A stretch of 64,000 bases of DNA, from the NCBI RefSeq assembly GCF_011745625.1, contig NW_027191470.1:310001-374000 (forward strand), written 5' to 3'. Origin of the DNA: Cladosporium halotolerans. Taxonomy: Eukaryota. Of this stretch, positions 59,744-64,000 are shown one piece after another. The stretch's first letter is position 1. The number at the start of each line of letters is the position of its first letter. Made by a program: the position numbers and the translations under genes. The notes beneath the pieces are model-generated. The model was not told the DNA's origin. It searched no databases and saw only the letters and a list, made by a program, of their open reading frames with translations.

Positions 59744-62700
59744 TTACTCAAATCCACTACCACCCGCAAAACCCATCCTGGCCATCGAGCTGCTGTTCGC
59801 CCTACGCAGCTCAGCGATCTTCGCCGTATTCTCCGCCCTCCTCCTGGCGCTGGCCTCAACGATCGTGCGCCTCTCCTCGGCCCTCGCCTGGTAAGCCAGC
59901 GAGCTCTTCTTGTTGCCACCGACTCTGGCACCGCCACCGATCGTCACGCCACGATCGTTGCCGCCTCCAGTAGTGATACCTCGGTCATTGGCACCAGCGC
60001 TGGCAATGTTGGTAGTGGCGCGGCGGAGCAGAGATGGAGTCTTGGAAGCGCCGCCGCTAGAGCCGCCCGTTGCCCAGGCTGATCGGCCGTCGGCGGAAGT
60101 CGAGCTACTGCTGCCACGCTTGAGGCTCAGGCGGTCGACAACGGCTGGCTTTGCGGCGGTTCGGCGCTGTGGTCCCGGGAGACGAGCTGGCGGCGGCATC
60201 ATCGCCTTGTCCTCCATCGATTTCGGGTTTGGGGCAAAGCCGCCGTCGTTCTGGCGGGTCATCTCGGCTTCGATTTCGTCGTAGTCACTGTCATGTGGCG
60301 AGGGACCGGATTCCGTTGGCTCGTCTTCGATCTCGAGATCGGATTCGTCGTCCATGACCGATGGGCCGACAAGTGTCTGATCCGGCTCGTCGAGAAGGAA
60401 GCTGAGGCTTTCGCGAACTTGGTTGATGGATGTCGGGCGAGAGAAGGCGGCGTCCGCCTCCTTAACACGGCGCTGCTTGGCGGGTGGCCGTGCTTGGGAA
60501 GAGTCGTCGCCATCTTCCGCAGGCCTCTTGTTGCCGCTTATCTCTTGCAAGGGCACTCCGTCGACCTCAGGCTGCGTTTGCTGTGTTGACTGATCTTCAG
60601 TATCTTGTTTCTCCTCCTCTTCAAGATCAATCGCATCCTCCGCCTCCTGTTCGTCATCATCGGCAATGGCTTTGAGGAAAGCATCTTTGCCCTTGCTGTG
60701 CTTGCCCGTCTCGGCCCAACCCTTGACATTCTCGTCCTGAAGGAGCAGCTTGCGCTTGCGAGTTTCCTCACGCAGACGCATTTGTCGGCGGCGGGCGATG
60801 TAGTCGTCTTCATCTTCGTCAAGATCCCAGGCCCCACGCTGCCTACGCCTGAAAGCGCCGGTCGTGATGTCTTTGTAGAGCTTCTTCGTCGCCTCCTCCT
60901 CGGCAACACGCTCACGCGCGGCATGGTGGGCAGCGATCTCGCGTTCGTCCACCTCAATGTGCGAAGAGTCGATCATGGCTTGATCCTCGGCTGTCTCGGG
61001 CGCGATCATCTCTGTATCGTCGCCACCGAGGCCGGCGTACTCATCCTCGGATTCCTCGGCCTGATCGTCCATCATCCGCTTCATCTCCGCGTTGGCCTCG
61101 AGGCGATCGCCTGCATTGAGATCATCCAGGCGCCTGCGCTTCATCTCCTTGAACGCGTCCTTTTGCGAAGGCAAGGCCGGCTCTGCCTCATCCTCGCTAT
61201 CGTCCGCAGCCAACTGTTTACGTTGTTGTAGACGACCACGTCGGGGTGCGGCCTGTGCTGGGCTTTCGCTCACTCGCAATTGGACGGTAGACTGGGTTTC
61301 GTGATCGTCCTCGGCAGCCGTGACGAGAGTTGATTCTCGCTGCAACTGCCCACGACGGAGTCCGGTCCATGGAGAAGGCAAACCGGGGTCTTGGGTCGGC
61401 TCCCAGCCAGGGGTCTCCGAGAGATCGCTTTGCTTCCTGGTAAGAGCCGGGGCCGGAGTTTCAGGAGCTTGTGTGTCCCAGCCAAGTTGTACTTCCTGGC
61501 TCTCGGCGACACTGGGTCCCGTCACAAATTGAGTTTGGCTCTCGTCGTTCTCAACGTGCGTGTCCATGGCAGGCAACGAAGGAGGCAGTGCCGCGCTGCC
61601 TGGTGGCGGCACATATTGCAGAATATCGAAGCTGTCCTCCTCTTCCATCTCCTGTGAAGGGGCTTCCATCGTGGCATTGAAAGCCTGGGTTGCAGACATC
61701 ATGTTGACGTCCGCTTTCGCGGCGCCGAATCCGAAGGCAGCAAATGGGTCATCCTCTTTGTCATTATCGTTGGCGGATGCAGGGGCTGCAGCAGTCGAGG
61801 AAGTCGTCTTGTCTGCTTCTTCCTGCTTGTCATCGTCATCTTCGTCATCCTGGATAATATGCGATTTGCGAGCTTTGCGTGAGGCTGCGGGTTTTGAGGG
61901 ATCCTCGTGAGGTTGATCGGCCTCCATCTCGTCGTCATCGACACCAACGTCCTCTTCTGCCTCCTCATCCTCCTCATGCTCCTCCTCCTCCTCCTCGCTT
62001 TCGTCCGCGGCGTCGTCGAGGAGCTCGTTGCCACCATCAGCGTCGTCATCCTCACCAGCTTCTTCGTCCCCACTCTGGTCATAGTAATCTTCATCTTCAG
62101 TCTCATCATCACTCGCCTCCATGTTGCCTTCACTTTTCGCCTCCTTGTTTGCAGCCTTCTCCGCCTTTCTGAGATTCTGCGCATCCAGACGGGCCTTTTC
62201 CAACAGATTTTCGAACTCCTCTGCTTCTTTCTCTTTCTCCTCGGCCGTCTGGATCACAATACCTTTGACCTTCAACTCCGCAAGGCGTTCCTGCTGCGCT
62301 TCAAAAGCCTGCTCACGCGCCTTCTTTCGGAGTCGAGCTTCTAGCACTTGCGGGTGGACTGAGGGTTTGACGTTTGTAGGCCTGTTCGGTTTCGCGTCGG
62401 TGTGGCCTAGGTGGGAAAGATGGCGGAGGTTGTGGATTGCGCTGGAGTGTGCTTCTTGCTTCTTGATCGGTTTGACTCGATCGAAAACTTGGAGGTGCTT
62501 CGGCAAGGGTTGCAAAACCTCAAGATCGTCATCGCTTTCGTCGTCTCTGTAGGTTTGAGGTGCAGACTTCCTGCCCCAGCGAGCAATTTTGGAGCCTTGC
62601 TCACGCGACGCCGAAGGCTCGGTGACGTCTGCTTCTTGTTTTCGCCGGGTGGGGGACTTGACAATTTTGTCGACATCCAGCAGCTCCTGCTGATCTTCTT

Positions 62701-63832
62701 CGGCGGCCATGCTTGTGAGTGTGTCTTCGCGCACAGGAATCATCTTGGTGAGTGCGCCTCTCTCGACAAGCATTCTCTGTTTGTCAAATGGAGTGGGAGG
62801 GCTCGACGGAGGTGTTGAGACGGGTTCTTTGGGCGGACCGCCGGGAGATGCTTCGATGCCGTCGCTGCTAGGCATCGACGATGAAGGCTTGTCGGCTTGT
62901 ACCGCCTGATCCTGAGGCTGTCGAAAGTTGAACCGTGCTAGCAAGTCAGACGTGCTGAACTTTTTCTTGACTTTGATTTGATGCGCTAATGCTTGCTGAC
63001 GAGCCAGCCTCTGTGTTTCCCGTTCCATCTCCAGCATGGCCTTCTTGCTGGCTTTGCGAGTAGGTCTCGCGGCATCGGAAAGGATTCGATCAACATCAGG
63101 ATTTGCGGGAGCATCCTGAGAGCCCTGGAAGACTTCTTCAGGAAGATCAGAAGATACGTGCTCTGCCGCAGATTCGGCGTTGGTCTTCCGAGCCTTGTCG
63201 TTCTTCCGTTTCTCGTTTTCCTTAGCAAGACGTTCCGCTCGCTTCTGTGCGACTAGTTCAGCCAGTCGGTTTGGTCCAGGCAAGTCGTCCTCTCCGTCAC
63301 TGTCTTCCAGAGTCGTCTTTGCCGGGCTCACGAATAGACCTGTCCCTCTTTGGCTCTGCGATCCAAGAGGAGAGCCAGACCCAGTTCGCTCGGGGACATC
63401 GCGTCTTCGTTTGCTGCTGGAGTTTCTAAGTGGTGTGGCGGAGTACAAATCGTTCTCACTGTCCGCCTCAGAATCTTTTCCTGGCCCACCAATGCCCAGC
63501 ATCCTCCTCGCAGCCCGACCCTGAGGCCTTCTGACGATCCCCTCGTCTTCCTCAGCTTCAGAGTTTGGGTGAGACGAGGTGCGCGTTGCGGGTGCAGATC
63601 TTGTGGGTGATTCACCAGACAGTTCGTCTCCATCCTCGCTATCGTCCTGAAATGGCCCGGACGAGATTGTGTTGGGTTGCACTGTCGAGCGCTCAGTAGG
63701 AGGCGAGGGCGTAGGCGCCTCATCGATTTCGGCAAGCATCTTGTTAATCTTGGACCGCGGGCTTAGGTAGTCGTCGCCCAGATCAATGGCATCCTGATCG
63801 GATGGCGGCGGCGATGAGCGTTCGGCCGCCAT
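59744..63832 (-). CDS. MRC1: Mediator of replication checkpoint Mrc1 (claspin-like)
   Basis: 1362-aa acidic ORF with RKASKKAMLEMERETQRLAR, the MRC1-domain signature DDQAEESEDEYAGLGG and KLYKDITTGAFRRR, plus numerous SQ/TQ sites. Confidence 0.93.
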   Translation of the reverse strand: MAAERSSPPPSDQDAIDLGDDYLSPRSKINKMLAEIDEAPTPSPPTERSTVQPNTISSGPFQDDSEDGDELSGESPTRSAPATRTSSHPNSEAEEDEGIVRRPQGRAARRMLGIGGPGKDSEADSENDLYSATPLRNSSSKRRRDVPERTGSGSPLGSQSQRGTGLFVSPAKTTLEDSDGEDDLPGPNRLAELVAQKRAERLAKENEKRKNDKARKTNAESAAEHVSSDLPEEVFQGSQDAPANPDVDRILSDAARPTRKASKKAMLEMERETQRLARQQALAHQIKVKKKFSTSDLLARFNFRQPQDQAVQADKPSSSMPSSDGIEASPGGPPKEPVSTPPSSPPTPFDKQRMLVERGALTKMIPVREDTLTSMAAEEDQQELLDVDKIVKSPTRRKQEADVTEPSASREQGSKIARWGRKSAPQTYRDDESDDDLEVLQPLPKHLQVFDRVKPIKKQEAHSSAIHNLRHLSHLGHTDAKPNRPTNVKPSVHPQVLEARLRKKAREQAFEAQQERLAELKVKGIVIQTAEEKEKEAEEFENLLEKARLDAQNLRKAEKAANKEAKSEGNMEASDDETEDEDYYDQSGDEEAGEDDDADGGNELLDDAADESEEEEEEHEEDEEAEEDVGVDDDEMEADQPHEDPSKPAASRKARKSHIIQDDEDDDDKQEEADKTTSSTAAAPASANDNDKEDDPFAAFGFGAAKADVNMMSATQAFNATMEAPSQEMEEEDSFDILQYVPPPGSAALPPSLPAMDTHVENDESQTQFVTGPSVAESQEVQLGWDTQAPETPAPALTRKQSDLSETPGWEPTQDPGLPSPWTGLRRGQLQRESTLVTAAEDDHETQSTVQLRVSESPAQAAPRRGRLQQRKQLAADDSEDEAEPALPSQKDAFKEMKRRRLDDLNAGDRLEANAEMKRMMDDQAEESEDEYAGLGGDDTEMIAPETAEDQAMIDSSHIEVDEREIAAHHAARERVAEEEATKKLYKDITTGAFRRRQRGAWDLDEDEDDYIARRRQMRLREETRKRKLLLQDENVKGWAETGKHSKGKDAFLKAIADDDEQEAEDAIDLEEEEKQDTEDQSTQQTQPEVDGVPLQEISGNKRPAEDGDDSSQARPPAKQRRVKEADAAFSRPTSINQVRESLSFLLDEPDQTLVGPSVMDDESDLEIEDEPTESGPSPHDSDYDEIEAEMTRQNDGGFAPNPKSMEDKAMMPPPARLPGPQRRTAAKPAVVDRLSLKRGSSSSTSADGRSAWATGGSSGGASKTPSLLRRATTNIASAGANDRGITTGGGNDRGVTIGGGARVGGNKKSSLAYQARAEERRTIVEASARRRAENTAKIAELRRANSSSMARMGFAGGSGFE

Positions 63833-64000
63833 TGTCGGAGAAGAGGCCTGCCGACCCGCAATTCCTGATATATTGGCAATTGCTTATTGCAGATGATGGA
63901 GTCGAATTCGAATTTGTTTTTGCCGTGTGGGTGTGGTGCGTGAATACAGAGGTAGTGTAGGTGGTGGTAAGAGAGCTCGAGGTCTGGCTGGACGTTGGAG

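Overview
Gene-dense fungal nuclear DNA. It is probably from a Dothideomycete ascomycete, inferred from the short GT-AG introns with CTRAC branch points and the gene content. I can support 18 protein-coding genes. In order they are a hypothetical protein, a TatD/Scn1 hydrolase, a Whi5/Nrm1-family repressor, a MYND-finger protein, a 54-aa Cys/His microprotein missed by the ORF track, a PDK/BCKDK-type kinase, an AhpC/TSA-like protein, an aryl-alcohol dehydrogenase, Pom33, a Prs5-type PRPP synthetase, a GT41 O-GlcNAc transferase, Mtc6, the FlbD Myb factor, a 70-aa four-exon I9 protease inhibitor, Bms1, a LIM-RhoGAP, an alpha-glucoside MFS transporter and Mrc1. I found no transposons, tRNA or rRNA genes, or CRISPR arrays. 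The most notable observations are four. (1) The transporter's third intervening sequence restores the reading frame only if it is spliced as a nested [D1,2] spliceosomal twin intron. (2) The zinc-finger-like microprotein gene has introns flanking both ends of its CDS. (3) A recurrent, strand-symmetric switch from A/C-rich to G/T-rich sequence occurs every few kb, ignores gene orientation and shows up in codon third positions. (4) A ~7 kb gene-free region upstream of flbD carries a cluster of minisatellites. All gene models and identities come from reading the sequence by eye; no database searches were run.
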